Positions 49,521 through 58,819 of a DNA stretch of 59,845 nucleotides are shown in pieces. Each line of letters starts with the position of its first letter. Positions within the stretch are counted from its first letter, which is position 1. Both the position numbers and the translations under genes were made by a program. Source of the stretch: an uncultured Dehalococcoidia bacterium (GTDB lineage: Bacteria > Chloroflexota > Dehalococcoidia > GIF9 > UBA5629). The stretch spans positions 1 to 59,845 of the forward strand of contig CAIYTC010000239.1 in the NCBI GenBank assembly GCA_903929005.1. The letters run 5' to 3'. The notes beneath the pieces were generated by a model. The model saw only the letters and a list, made by a program, of their open reading frames with translations. It was not told the DNA's origin and made no database searches.

Positions 49521-50633
49521 TCACCTGGATAACGACGCATAATAATCCTGTATCTGGCGGCTGACATTTTCCCAGCTGTATTTTTCAGCCGTGACCAGCC
49601 CCTGCTCTGCCATCTTTAAACGCATTGTCCTGTCATTTAAAACGGTAAGCAAGGCAGCGGCCAGCGAGCGGGGGTTCTTTGGTTTGGCCAGTATACCTTC
49701 CTTCCCGTGCGTCAGGACGCTGGCATAGCCCGGTATGTCGGTGGCTACTACCGGTGTACCGCTGGCCATGGCCTCCAGTAATACGATGCCGAAGCTCTCT
49801 CCTCCTGTGGCGGGGGCACAGAACACGTCGGCCGTGCGGTAATATTTAGCCAGCTCATCGAAAGGCACATACTGGGTAAAGACGGCGCGGTCATTTAAGA
49901 GTGCTTTGGCCATCAGTTTATATTGTAAGCGCAGCCTGATACCCGGTCCGGCGATGATCAGGCGGAAATTGGGGAAATCCTTTTTCACGATTGAGCAGGC
50001 CTGTATCAGGTCGCCCACGCCCTTGCGTTCCTCCAGGCGGCCGACAAACAGTATATTAAGCTTACCGTCTTTAAGTTCAGGGCGCAGGGGGCCCTCGGGT
50101 TGGTAATGATGGACGTCCACACCGTTGGGGATGATGCGGTAATCGGCGGGCAAATATTTCGATATGTAGTCAAGGGCCGGTTGGGAGACGGCGATTTTGC
50201 CGTGCAGCTTCTTGCCAAGCTTGCGCATGAATGGCCGTCCGAGCCAGTAAATACCCGAACTTTCATGGCAGGCATGGAAGGTGCCCACGTTAATGGCCTG
50301 CGACTCTTGCAGCGTGCTGACGCAGAGCATGGGGATAAAGGGCTCGTGGAGGTGTATGATATCGAAGCCTTCTTTATCCAGCAAACGTCTGATCTGGTAG
50401 GGCAGCCAGGGGGAAAGCGTGATGCGCGCAGTTGTCCCGCCGTAGGGTATGGGAATCGGCCTGCCCACGGCCGTAACCTCTTCCCCGAAATAGCGTGTGC
50501 CCGTCCTGCGCACGGGTGCAATGATCCTTACCGCGTGACCCAGCAGGCGCAGGTGGTGGGCCAGATAGGAAACGTGGTTGATAACGCCGCCGGGATGCGA
50601 ATAATCATAGGGCGAAACCAGGCCTATTTTCAT
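49521..50633 (-). CDS. GT4-family glycosyltransferase, PimA-like
   Basis: MKIGLVSPYDYSHPGGVINHV N-terminus and GGESFGIVLLEAMASGTPVVATDIPG (the E-x7-E region). Start moved to ATG 50633; the 46-aa track extension is low-complexity and overlaps the ino1 3' end. Confidence 0.85.
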   Translation of the reverse strand: MKIGLVSPYDYSHPGGVINHVSYLAHHLRLLGHAVRIIAPVRRTGTRYFGEEVTAVGRPIPIPYGGTTARITLSPWLPYQIRRLLDKEGFDIIHLHEPFIPMLCVSTLQESQAINVGTFHACHESSGIYWLGRPFMRKLGKKLHGKIAVSQPALDYISKYLPADYRIIPNGVDVHHYQPEGPLRPELKDGKLNILFVGRLEERKGVGDLIQACSIVKKDFPNFRLIIAGPGIRLRLQYKLMAKALLNDRAVFTQYVPFDELAKYYRTADVFCAPATGGESFGIVLLEAMASGTPVVATDIPGYASVLTHGKEGILAKPKNPRSLAAALLTVLNDRTMRLKMAEQGLVTAEKYSWENVSRQIQDYYASLSR

Positions 50634-50691
50634 GCTAATGCCGTAAAATCGCTGTTCCCGGTTGCTGTCTGATCCCCGGTGATTAATCCAT

Positions 50692-51798
50692 TCATGCGGA
50701 TTCTGGCAGGCAGATGGGGCGCTGCTGATCCTGGCCGCTGATGAACTGCTCCACGCGCCTGCGGCATTCATCGTCCGAGTACTGTATGGGCGGAGATTTC
50801 ATAAAATATGAACTGGGAGCTACGATAGAGCCGGCCAGTCCGCGGTCCCTGGCTATCTTGAGGCACCTGACAGCATCGATAACTACGCCCGCCGAGTTGG
50901 GGCTGTCCCAGACCTCCAGTTTGCACTCAAGGTTGAGGGGCACATCACCGAAGGTGCGGCCTTCCATCCTGATATGGCAGAATTTGCGGTCGAGCAGCCA
51001 GGGAACGTAATCGCTGGGCCCGACATGGATGTTATCGGGGTTCATCTCGTAATCGAGCTGTGAAGTGACAGCGTTAGTTTTGGATATCTTCTTGGATTCG
51101 AGGCGCTCGCGCTCCAGCATGTTGTAAAAGTCGGTGTTGCCGCCGAAGTTTAGCTGGTAGGTGCGCTCCAATTTAACGCCGCGGTCCTGGAAAAGGCGGG
51201 TAAGCACCCTGTGCACGATGGTGGCGCCGACCTGGGACTTGATATCGTCGCCAATAATAGGCAAACCGGCTTCGCGGAAGCGGTTGTGCCAGTACGGTTC
51301 GCGGGCTATGAAGACAGGGATGCAGTTGACAAGCCCTACGCCGGCATTGAGGAGCTGTTCGACATACCACTTGGTTGCCTCTTCGCTGCCCACCGGCAGG
51401 TAGTTGATGGCCACGTCGGCCTTCACCTCTTTGAGTATGCTCACGATGTTGGCTGTGGGGCCAGGCGCCTTCTCAATAATCTTGCCCAGGTATTTGCCCA
51501 GTCCATCGTGCGTCATGCCCCGTATGACCTTGACGCCCGTGGTGGGCACGTCGCAGAACTTATAGGTGTTATTGGGCGCGGTAAAGACGGCCTCTGCCAG
51601 GTCCTTGCCCACTTTGTTCTTGTCGATATCGATGGCTGCCACAAAGTTGATATCCTTGATATGGTAGCCTCCCAGGTTAATATGCATCAGTCCCGGAACG
51701 GATTCATCGTCCCGGGCTTTCTTGTAATAATGCACACCCTGGACAAAGGAGGAAGCACAATTTCCTACTCCTATGATGGCTACATTTATTTTTCCCAT
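50692..51798 (-). CDS. ino1: myo-inositol-1-phosphate synthase
   Basis: [22 protein letters not shown] fold. About 368 aa, with the MIPS-like central and C-terminal region. GGAAGGAG lies 9 nt upstream of ATG 51798. The alternative ATG 51828 lies 2 nt after the usp stop. Confidence 0.88.
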   Translation of the reverse strand: MGKINVAIIGVGNCASSFVQGVHYYKKARDDESVPGLMHINLGGYHIKDINFVAAIDIDKNKVGKDLAEAVFTAPNNTYKFCDVPTTGVKVIRGMTHDGLGKYLGKIIEKAPGPTANIVSILKEVKADVAINYLPVGSEEATKWYVEQLLNAGVGLVNCIPVFIAREPYWHNRFREAGLPIIGDDIKSQVGATIVHRVLTRLFQDRGVKLERTYQLNFGGNTDFYNMLERERLESKKISKTNAVTSQLDYEMNPDNIHVGPSDYVPWLLDRKFCHIRMEGRTFGDVPLNLECKLEVWDSPNSAGVVIDAVRCLKIARDRGLAGSIVAPSSYFMKSPPIQYSDDECRRRVEQFISGQDQQRPICLPESA

Positions 51799-51830
51799 TT
51801 TGGTCAACTCCTTCCTGATCAAGGCCATGT

Positions 51831-52817
51831 TTAATTCGCCTTGCGATCGCTATTCTTAAGCATCTCGTTAATGATACCCTTTGGCCTGACCAGCCACATG
51901 GGGATCTTCGACTCGTGCAGTATCTTATCAGCCACGCTTCCCAGCACCCAGCGGGCAATGCCGCTCCTGCCATGGGTAGACATGGCTATAAGGTCGATCT
52001 TTTCCTGTTTGGCTACATCGATAACCCTCTCTGCGGGGTCGCCCGAAACTATTTTCAGGCTAACTTCGATGCCCTTTTCCGCCAGCCTTTTCTCAGTTTT
52101 AGCAAGGTATTTCTGGCCGGCATCGTGCATAGCCTTAACAAAATCGGCAAACTCCGGGCCCAGCCAGCGGGCTTCGACGGCATGAGGCGCAGGTATGACG
52201 TGCAGCAATACCATGGATGCGCCGGTCTTGAGCGCAACCGCCTCTGCATCATGCAGCGCCGCCTCGCCTGTATCCGAGCCGTCCAGCGGGGCCAGGATAC
52301 GCTTGAAAATGGCTTTACTGTCCCGGTCGATTTCCTTTACCTGCTTGCTGTGTATGCCAAGTATAGGGACCGTGGACTGGGAGACGACTTTTTCGAATAT
52401 GCTTCCCAGCCACCAGCGCCTCAGGCCGCTAAGGCCATGCGTGGCCATGATGACAAGGTTGATATGATGGTTGTGCGTATAGGCAAGTATGTTCTCTGCC
52501 GGGCCGCCGTAAAGCACCCGGCCTGTAGCCTTTAATTCTTGTCCGGGAACGGTAATTTCGCTGTAATCTACCAGCCCTTCTTCCGGGCTGCCGTAAAGCA
52601 GTACGGCGCGGCAGGTAATCTCGTTCTTCTGGAGGTGTTCCACGGCGTGGTGCACATAGTTGTCCAGCAACTGGTTAATCCGGCGCCGCTTGCTGCCCAG
52701 ACCGACGCTGAGGATATCAACCTCTGAGCCAAACCTGGATGCAATATCCCTGACGTATGGTAGTACGGTCTCAGCTTCGACCGAACCATCGAGCGGGACG
52801 AGTATTTTCTTAAACAT
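51831..52817 (-). CDS. tandem universal stress protein (two UspA domains)
   Basis: Two repeats, each beginning [10 protein letters not shown] / [10 protein letters not shown] and ending [15 protein letters not shown] / [21 protein letters not shown]. Confidence 0.88.
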   Translation of the reverse strand: MFKKILVPLDGSVEAETVLPYVRDIASRFGSEVDILSVGLGSKRRRINQLLDNYVHHAVEHLQKNEITCRAVLLYGSPEEGLVDYSEITVPGQELKATGRVLYGGPAENILAYTHNHHINLVIMATHGLSGLRRWWLGSIFEKVVSQSTVPILGIHSKQVKEIDRDSKAIFKRILAPLDGSDTGEAALHDAEAVALKTGASMVLLHVIPAPHAVEARWLGPEFADFVKAMHDAGQKYLAKTEKRLAEKGIEVSLKIVSGDPAERVIDVAKQEKIDLIAMSTHGRSGIARWVLGSVADKILHESKIPMWLVRPKGIINEMLKNSDRKAN

Positions 52818-52882
52818 GGCGGCTGAAAATCCGCCCTATTATACCAGATTATTACAACGTCCTTGTGTTAGGCGAGATTTTT

Positions 52883-53563
52883 ATGTTAATTTATAGCGTG
52901 CTCTACGATTTCCACTCGCATACTTTCCATAGCGACGGGGTACTTTCTCCATTGGAGTTGATCAGGAGGGCAGCGGTAAAGGGGTACTCTGCCATAGCGG
53001 TCACAGACCATGTAGGGACAGGCTCCCTGCGGCGGGTCATCAGGGAGGTCAGTGAGGATTGCGAGCTGGCCAGGGCGCACTGGAATATCCTGGCTATACC
53101 AGGTGTGGAGTTAACGCACCTGCCTCCCCAGGCTATTGACGAAGTTGCCAGGAAGGCCAAAGAGTTCGGCGCCTGGCTGGTGGTTGTACACGGCGAATCG
53201 CCCGTGGAGCCGGTGGAGGAGGGAACAAACCTGTTCGCGGTGCAGTCAGCCTATGTTGATATACTGGCGCACCCGGGGCATATAAGTGCGGAGGTGGCCG
53301 GGATTGCGGCGGAGAGCGGGGTATTTATTGAGATTACTACAAGGCGGGGGCATTGCGCTACCAATGCTCACGTAGCCAGGGTTGTGGGGGAAGCCGGCGC
53401 TTTAATGCTGTTGAATTCAGATAGCCATGATGAGGACGACCTGCTCTCTGCTCAACTGGCCAAAGAGACCCTGCGCCAATCAGGCATCAGCAGCCGCAAA
53501 TTCAAGCAAATCCTCGAACATAACCCGCTGAAACTGCTTCAGAGGATCAGGCGGCTGCCCTGA
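52883..53563 (+). CDS. PHP-domain metal-dependent phosphoesterase (histidinol-phosphatase-like)
   Basis: YDFHSHTFHSDG, AVTDH, VVVHGE, LAHPGH, NSDSH are PHP His/Asp motifs. The track start GTG 52865 is an alternative. Confidence 0.8.
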   Translation: MLIYSVLYDFHSHTFHSDGVLSPLELIRRAAVKGYSAIAVTDHVGTGSLRRVIREVSEDCELARAHWNILAIPGVELTHLPPQAIDEVARKAKEFGAWLVVVHGESPVEPVEEGTNLFAVQSAYVDILAHPGHISAEVAGIAAESGVFIEITTRRGHCATNAHVARVVGEAGALMLLNSDSHDEDDLLSAQLAKETLRQSGISSRKFKQILEHNPLKLLQRIRRLP

Positions 53564-53587
53564 GTTTGCTGTCCGGAAGTCCGCCCT

Positions 53588-53731
53588 TTAGCTCTTGCCG
53601 ATGCGGTATACCTTGGTGCCGCAGTGAGGGCAAACACCTTTGGTAGCGGGCCGGCCATTCTTTAATTTTACCTGCTGGGCATTCTTGATCTCAACCTTCT
53701 TCCTGTCCTTGAAGCAATAGGCCTGTGTCAT
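53588..53731 (-). CDS. small Zn-ribbon protein, DUF5679-like, 47 aa
   Basis: MTQAYCFKDRKKVEIKNAQQVKLKNGRPATKGVCPHCGTKVYRIGKS*. AGGAGG lies 6 nt upstream and a consensus promoter lies upstream of that. Not in the ORF track because it is under 60 aa. Confidence 0.75.
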   Translation of the reverse strand: MTQAYCFKDRKKVEIKNAQQVKLKNGRPATKGVCPHCGTKVYRIGKS

Positions 53732-53769
53732 TGAACACCTCCTGAAGCTAATTTATAGCTCTTAAAGCC

Positions 53770-53798
53770 AATATAGCTAATACACACAGCTATGTCAA
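53770..53798 (-). promoter_or_regulatory. near-consensus sigma70 promoter for the 47-aa Zn-ribbon gene
   Basis: Minus strand: TTGACA (53798-53793), 17 nt spacer, TATATT (53775-53770). Confidence 0.55.
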
Positions 53799-53835
53799 GC
53801 TTTTTAAGCGAAATCAAGGGGGATCCTTTACGATT

Positions 53836-54738
53836 TTAAAGGTCGAAGACCTTTTCAGGATGCCATAACCCGCTTTCCGGCACGGCTTTCATGATGGCCA
53901 GAAACCGGCCGTCCGGGCTGTAGGCGCGGCAGTAAATGTTGTTCTCGAAATTTACCTGGCCAAGGTCGAGATCATGTCCCTGGCGTACACCCTGCGCCTC
54001 TCCCTGATCCAGTACCTGCTTGTCCCAGCCCAGAAGCGGATAATCTGTTGGGTAGATCAGGGAGCCGGCAGTACTGTCTCTCAGGGCATCCTGGAAAGAT
54101 GCAGGAGAAACGGCCCCGGCTATTTTAAAAGGCCCGTAAGCTGTGCGAACCAGGTCTTTGAGGAAAGCGCCGCAGCCCAATTTTTTCCCCAGGTCATGGG
54201 CCAGTGAGCGTATGTATGTGCCCTTTGAGCACAGCACTTTCACTTTCAGATAGGGATGGTTAAAAGCGAGCAGTTCGATGCTGTCGATGCGGACCTTACG
54301 GGGTTGGTGTGATACTTCTATCCCTGCCCTGGCCAGCTCATAGGATTGCCTGCCTTTGACCTTGATAGCACTGTAGGCTGGGGGGACCTGGTCGATGCTG
54401 CCCTCGAATAGTATCAGTGTTTCCTGTATTAAGGGGAGCGTGATATGGCCTGTATCCTGACGGCCTGTAACACGGCCTTCACCGTCGAAGGTATCTGTGC
54501 TGGTACCAAGTTCGATGCCGGCGATGTATTCCTTGGGGCAACCCAGCAGGAATTCCACCACCCTGGTAGCCTGGCCCAGGCAGACGGGCAGCACGCCGGT
54601 GGCAGCGGGGTCCAGGGTGCCTGCGTGGCCGACACGCTTTTCGCCCGTAATACGGCGGATTTGCGATACTATGCTGAATGAGGTGGGGCCGGACGGTTTA
54701 TTTACGTTTAGTATGCCGTTCACGCCCATCCGTTTCAC
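53836..54738 (-). CDS. truB: tRNA pseudouridine(55) synthase TruB
   Basis: GILNVNKPSGPTS and GHAGTLDPAATGVL (catalytic Asp), plus a PUA-like C-terminus. Start is GTG 54738 or ATG 54729; either overlaps the rbfA end. Confidence 0.93.
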   Translation of the reverse strand: MKRMGVNGILNVNKPSGPTSFSIVSQIRRITGEKRVGHAGTLDPAATGVLPVCLGQATRVVEFLLGCPKEYIAGIELGTSTDTFDGEGRVTGRQDTGHITLPLIQETLILFEGSIDQVPPAYSAIKVKGRQSYELARAGIEVSHQPRKVRIDSIELLAFNHPYLKVKVLCSKGTYIRSLAHDLGKKLGCGAFLKDLVRTAYGPFKIAGAVSPASFQDALRDSTAGSLIYPTDYPLLGWDKQVLDQGEAQGVRQGHDLDLGQVNFENNIYCRAYSPDGRFLAIMKAVPESGLWHPEKVFDL

Positions 54739-55090
54739 CTGTTTTTTCCTTAGCCGCTAGCCTGTCTATCAGGCTGATCAGGTTGACGCCGCGTTCGATG
54801 GAATCATCGAATTCAAAGCTAAGCTCGGGGGTGACGCGGATATTCAGGCGGTGGGCAAGTTCGTGACGTAAAAAACCGGCGGCTGAATTGAAGCCCTTTA
54901 GTATCTCTACCCGGTTGAGGTTTTCGCCCAGGGCGCTGATGGATACGGTGGCATTTTGCAGGTCTTTGGATATCTCGACGCCGGTTACGCTGATCAGTCC
55001 GTTGAGGCGGGGATCGTTGATATGCTTGCGCAAAAGGTCGCTGATCTCAATTTGGATCAAGTGGTTTAGACGTTCTGTACGCCTGGTCAT
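54698..55090 (-). CDS. rbfA: ribosome-binding factor A
   Basis: RTERLNHLIQIEISDLLRK.INDPRL...ISVTGVEISKDLQNATV. Position between infB and truB fits. Confidence 0.93.
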   Translation of the reverse strand: MTRRTERLNHLIQIEISDLLRKHINDPRLNGLISVTGVEISKDLQNATVSISALGENLNRVEILKGFNSAAGFLRHELAHRLNIRVTPELSFEFDDSIERGVNLISLIDRLAAKEKTGETDGRERHTKRK

Positions 55091-55147
55091 AGCATTCTCC
55101 GCAGAAATATTTTTTTGCTCTAATTAAAGGGGGCAGCAGGGCAGGGA

Positions 55148-56929
55148 CTAATCCACCAGTTCCTGGTGGATAAATTGCAGGATATCCCCGACCTGGAAGT
55201 CGTTAAAGCTGTCAAGTTTTACGCCACATTCCATCCCGGTCGTAACCTCCTTCACATCGTCTTTGAAGCGGCGCAGCCCGGCCACGCGGGATTCGGCTAT
55301 GACTTTGCCGCCGCGGATAACCTTAACCTGAGAATCACGTGTAGCCTTGCCTTCCTTGACCTGCGAACCGGCGATTTGTACCTTTTTACCGGCTTCGAAA
55401 ATAGTCTTCACCTCGGCCTGGCCGGCCACAATATCGACATACTCGGGTTCAAGCAAGCCTTTAAGTGCCTTTTCGACATCCTCGATGAGTTTATAGATGA
55501 CGTTGTACTGGCGGATGCTGACTTTCTCCTGCTCGGCCAGCCGGATAGTACCAGGTTCGGGCCGGCTGTTGAAGCCGATGACCACTGCTCTGGAGGCCAT
55601 GGCCAGCAGTATATCGCTTTCAATGATAGCGCCCGTGCCTGTGTGTATGACCTTGACACGCGTTTTATCATCGCTGAGGCGCTCCAGAGAATCCCGGATG
55701 GGCTCTATACTGCCGTGAACATCGGTTTTAAGGATTATGTTGAGGTCTTTGACTTCACCGGTGCCGGCCTGTGCCGCTACGGAGGTAAGGCTTACACCCC
55801 TGGCAGTTGTGGTGGCAAGGCCTGCATCCCGGTTTCTCTCTATCAGGGCTTTGGCTTCTTTTTCATTAGCGACCACCTGGAAAATCTGCCCGGCGTCGGG
55901 CACGGCGTTCATGCCGAGGATTTCCACCGGTGTAGCGGGTTCAGCTTTGCGGATGTTTTTCCCCTCGTCGTTGAACATAGCCTTGACCTTGCCGCCGACC
56001 GTGCCTATGACGATATTGTCGCCCGGTTTTAGGATGCCCTTCTGAACGAGCAGCGTGGCTATAGGCCCGCGGCTTTTATCGAGCTTGGCCTCGATAACGA
56101 TGCCTGCAGCGGGGCAGTCCACCTCAGCTTTCAATTCCAGGACGTCTGCCACGAGCAGCAGGTTCTCCAGCAGGTCGTCTATGCCCTGCTTTTTCTTGGC
56201 TGAAACAGGGACGCAGATTATATCGCCTCCCCATTCTTCGATCACAAACCCGAGGTCGGAAAGCTGTTTCTTGACGCGGTCGGGATTGGCGTTGTCTTTA
56301 TCAATTTTATTAAGGGCTATAACAATGCTCACACCGGCGGCGCGCGCATGGTCAAGAGCCTCGATGGTCTGAGGCATGACGCCATCGTCCGCTGCTACCA
56401 CCAGTACGGCGATGTCAGTGGCGCTGGCGCCGCGCGCTCGCATAGCAGTGAATGCCTCATGGCCCGGCGTGTCCAGGAAAGTGATTTTGCGGCCTTTCAT
56501 CTCGACCTGGTAAGCGCCGATGTGCTGGGTTATGGCGCCGGCTTCACCGGCTGCCACGTTGGTCTTCCTGATGGCGTCCAGCAGGCTGGTTTTGCCGTGA
56601 TCGACGTGACCCATGATAGTGATTACAGGCGGCCTGGTATGCAGCTTAGCGCCTTTAGCGAAGCTTTTCTGCTTGGCCTTTGCGGATTCGTGCAGCTTCT
56701 TGGCTGTGAAGCCGAAATCCACTACCACTTTAGCCGCCACATCATAATCGAGCGACTGGTTGATATTGGCCATGATGCCGTTGCGCATCAGTTGCTTGAT
56801 GATCTCTATGCCGCTGACGCCCATCTGGTCAGCAAGCTGTTTGACCGTCATTACCGGAGGAAGGCCTATCTGCGGCGCCCCCTGCTTGGCCCCGTCATCA
56901 GTTGTAGCCTGTTCCTGCCTGTCTTTCAT
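55148..56929 (-). CDS. infB: translation initiation factor IF-2 (short N-terminal form)
   Basis: [32 protein letters not shown]. 593 aa from ATG 56929. GTG 56932, directly after the ylxR stop, is the alternative start. Confidence 0.95.
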   Translation of the reverse strand: MKDRQEQATTDDGAKQGAPQIGLPPVMTVKQLADQMGVSGIEIIKQLMRNGIMANINQSLDYDVAAKVVVDFGFTAKKLHESAKAKQKSFAKGAKLHTRPPVITIMGHVDHGKTSLLDAIRKTNVAAGEAGAITQHIGAYQVEMKGRKITFLDTPGHEAFTAMRARGASATDIAVLVVAADDGVMPQTIEALDHARAAGVSIVIALNKIDKDNANPDRVKKQLSDLGFVIEEWGGDIICVPVSAKKKQGIDDLLENLLLVADVLELKAEVDCPAAGIVIEAKLDKSRGPIATLLVQKGILKPGDNIVIGTVGGKVKAMFNDEGKNIRKAEPATPVEILGMNAVPDAGQIFQVVANEKEAKALIERNRDAGLATTTARGVSLTSVAAQAGTGEVKDLNIILKTDVHGSIEPIRDSLERLSDDKTRVKVIHTGTGAIIESDILLAMASRAVVIGFNSRPEPGTIRLAEQEKVSIRQYNVIYKLIEDVEKALKGLLEPEYVDIVAGQAEVKTIFEAGKKVQIAGSQVKEGKATRDSQVKVIRGGKVIAESRVAGLRRFKDDVKEVTTGMECGVKLDSFNDFQVGDILQFIHQELVD

Positions 56930-56932
56930 CAC

Positions 56933-57247
56933 TTATTCTTCCTTCTCCGGTAAGCTCCTGCCGTACTCAAGCAGCGATTGCCGGTTTTCCGTGGACAATT
57001 TAGTGCGCAGTCCATATTCTATACGGTTACTTTTTAAGCTCATTTCCCAGCATTTGCGGTATGGGCAGAGGTAAACACCCCTGCCCGGCTGCCTGCCCTG
57101 GGGGTCAATTTCAATTACGCCGGTCGAACAAACGAGGCGAACCAGCTCCCTTTTACCCCTGGCAGCGCGGCAGGCTATGCATGTGCGTTCCGGCACACGC
57201 TTCTGGCGCGGCGCCGGCGGTTTATGCTCCACTTTCGGGGTCTTCAT
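56933..57247 (-). CDS. ylxR: YlxR/DUF448 family RNA-binding protein
   Basis: ERTCIACRAARGKRELVRLV.....IEIDPQGRQPGRGVYLC. Position between nusA and infB fits. Confidence 0.88.
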   Translation of the reverse strand: MKTPKVEHKPPAPRQKRVPERTCIACRAARGKRELVRLVCSTGVIEIDPQGRQPGRGVYLCPYRKCWEMSLKSNRIEYGLRTKLSTENRQSLLEYGRSLPEKEE

Positions 57248-58658
57248 CTTCGTAATATGTCTTCTTCTTGGCCTTCGTTTTCTTGGCTTTTACGCTGGCA
57301 TCCTTGCCCTCTGCATCCTTGCTTTCTGCATCCTTGGGGACATCCTCTTTCTTGCCGGATCTTCCACCCCTGCCTGACATTATCTCCTCGGCAAAGCGGA
57401 TCTTAGAGGGCTTGGCGGGCGCCGTTGCCTCAACCGCCATCAATATCTCGATGCCTGTGCTGCCCGCGACTTCTTCAGCGGCCGTAATTGGTTCGCCCTC
57501 TTCGATAACCGCCTCTTCCCCGGCTTCTTCAACGGGGGTAATTATTTCGCTTTCAGGCTTTTCCCCGGCGGGGGCTGCATGTTCGGGTGGCTCTTCCTCT
57601 TCAGTGGCTGCCCGCGCTGCGTCCAGCTCGGAGGCGCTCTTGATATCGATGCGCCACCCGGTCAGCTTGGCGGCAAGGCGGACGTTCTGCCCCTCCTTAC
57701 CGATGGCCAGCGACAGCTGCTTATCAGGTACCTTGACCAAAGCCGTGGTCTCGGCCTCGTTTAAGCTTACGTTCAGCACCTGTGCCGGGCTCAACGCATT
57801 GGCTATAAATGCCCTGGGGTCATCTGACCACTGGACGACATCTATCTTTTCATTAGTAAGCTCGTTGACAATATTCTGGATGCGGATGCCACGCAAGCCC
57901 ACGCAGCAGCCCACCGGGTCAATGCCTTTCTGCCGGGTATAGACCGCAACCTTGCTGCGGTAGCCAGCCTCCCTGGCGACGCCCTTGATTTCCACGCTGC
58001 CGCTGGCGATTTCGGGTATCTCCAGAATGAGCAGGTCCCTCAACAGGTTCCTGTGTGCCCGGGATGCTATTATCTGCGGCCCTTTAGTGGTGCGTACCAC
58101 TTCAACTAAATACAGCTTCAGCCGCTGGCCCTGGCGGTAACGTTCTGTGGGCGTCTTCTCATTCTGGGGGATTATGGCCTCGGTCTTGCCGATATCAATT
58201 ATCACATGTTCCGGTGTAACCCGCTGAACCGTGCCGGTGACGATTTCGCCCTCTTTCCCCACATATTCTTCAAAGATGGCGCCGCGCTCTGCATCGTGCA
58301 GCTTCTGCAGGATGACTTGCTTGGCTATCTGTGCAGGTATGCGCCCTGCATCGGGAGGCGGCACATCGGTGGTTACGGTATCGCCGGCCTTGAGAGTCTT
58401 ATCCCGTTTCCTGGCATCCTTGAGGGAAATCTCGCGGTATATATCCTCCGGCGTTTCAGCGACTACCTTTTTCAGGGTGAGCCTGACCTCGCCGGTTATG
58501 GGGTGAATCTTGACCGCGATGTCTTCCGCATGCGTAAAAGTCTCCTTCCTGTAGGCTGAAACCATGGCTGATTCCAGCGCGGTAAGGATGATCTCCCTGG
58601 GCAGATTTTTCTCCGCCGCGAGTTGCATGAGGGCATTCATGAACTCAGTCTTTGCCAT
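57222..58658 (-). CDS. nusA: transcription termination/antitermination factor NusA with long acidic/Lys-rich C-terminal tail
   Basis: N-terminal domain, S1 (GEIVTGTVQRV), KH1/KH2 (IKGVAREAGYRSKVAV; LAIGKEGQNVRLAAKLTGWRIDI). A low-complexity tail of about 130 aa follows, ending KKTKAKKKTYYEDEDPESGA. Confidence 0.95.
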   Translation of the reverse strand: MAKTEFMNALMQLAAEKNLPREIILTALESAMVSAYRKETFTHAEDIAVKIHPITGEVRLTLKKVVAETPEDIYREISLKDARKRDKTLKAGDTVTTDVPPPDAGRIPAQIAKQVILQKLHDAERGAIFEEYVGKEGEIVTGTVQRVTPEHVIIDIGKTEAIIPQNEKTPTERYRQGQRLKLYLVEVVRTTKGPQIIASRAHRNLLRDLLILEIPEIASGSVEIKGVAREAGYRSKVAVYTRQKGIDPVGCCVGLRGIRIQNIVNELTNEKIDVVQWSDDPRAFIANALSPAQVLNVSLNEAETTALVKVPDKQLSLAIGKEGQNVRLAAKLTGWRIDIKSASELDAARAATEEEEPPEHAAPAGEKPESEIITPVEEAGEEAVIEEGEPITAAEEVAGSTGIEILMAVEATAPAKPSKIRFAEEIMSGRGGRSGKKEDVPKDAESKDAEGKDASVKAKKTKAKKKTYYEDEDPESGA

Positions 58659-58692
58659 TGTGGTCAGTCTCCCTCAATACGCATTTTTTTTC

Positions 58693-58725
58693 AATAAAAA
58701 AGCGGGTACAAGGACCCACTTTTTG
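58693..58725 (-). terminator. weak hairpin plus U-tract between the M23 gene and nusA (terminator or attenuator)
   Basis: Minus strand: AAAAAGTGGGT-CCTTGT-ACCCGCTTTTTTATT. The 6-bp stem (58719-58714 pairs with 58707-58702, one G-U pair) is followed by T6. It lies 35-65 nt upstream of the nusA ATG. Confidence 0.45.
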
Positions 58726-58748
58726 GACAAGTATTGAATTCAGAAGTT

Positions 58749-58777
58749 ATGTTATCACATCTTAATCGAAAATGCAA
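58749..58777 (-). promoter_or_regulatory. candidate promoter for the nusA operon, upstream of the leader hairpin
   Basis: Minus strand: TTGCAT (58777-58772), 17 nt spacer, TAACAT (58754-58749), with TGa immediately upstream of the -10. Confidence 0.35.
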
Positions 58778-58819
58778 ATAGGGGCATACGAAGATAGCGA
58801 AAACTTAACGGGGAAAAGG

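Noticed and set aside
50634-50771. Long N-terminal extensions in track ORFs: GT4 50771, metK 35508, Zn-ribbon paralog 4731, sensor 9071, radical SAM 9018, rplO 23558, rpsE 22857 and ino1 51828.
   Set aside because: The extensions are low-complexity or non-conserved. They overlap upstream genes or promoter boxes. Better SD-preceded starts exist downstream that give canonical N-termini.
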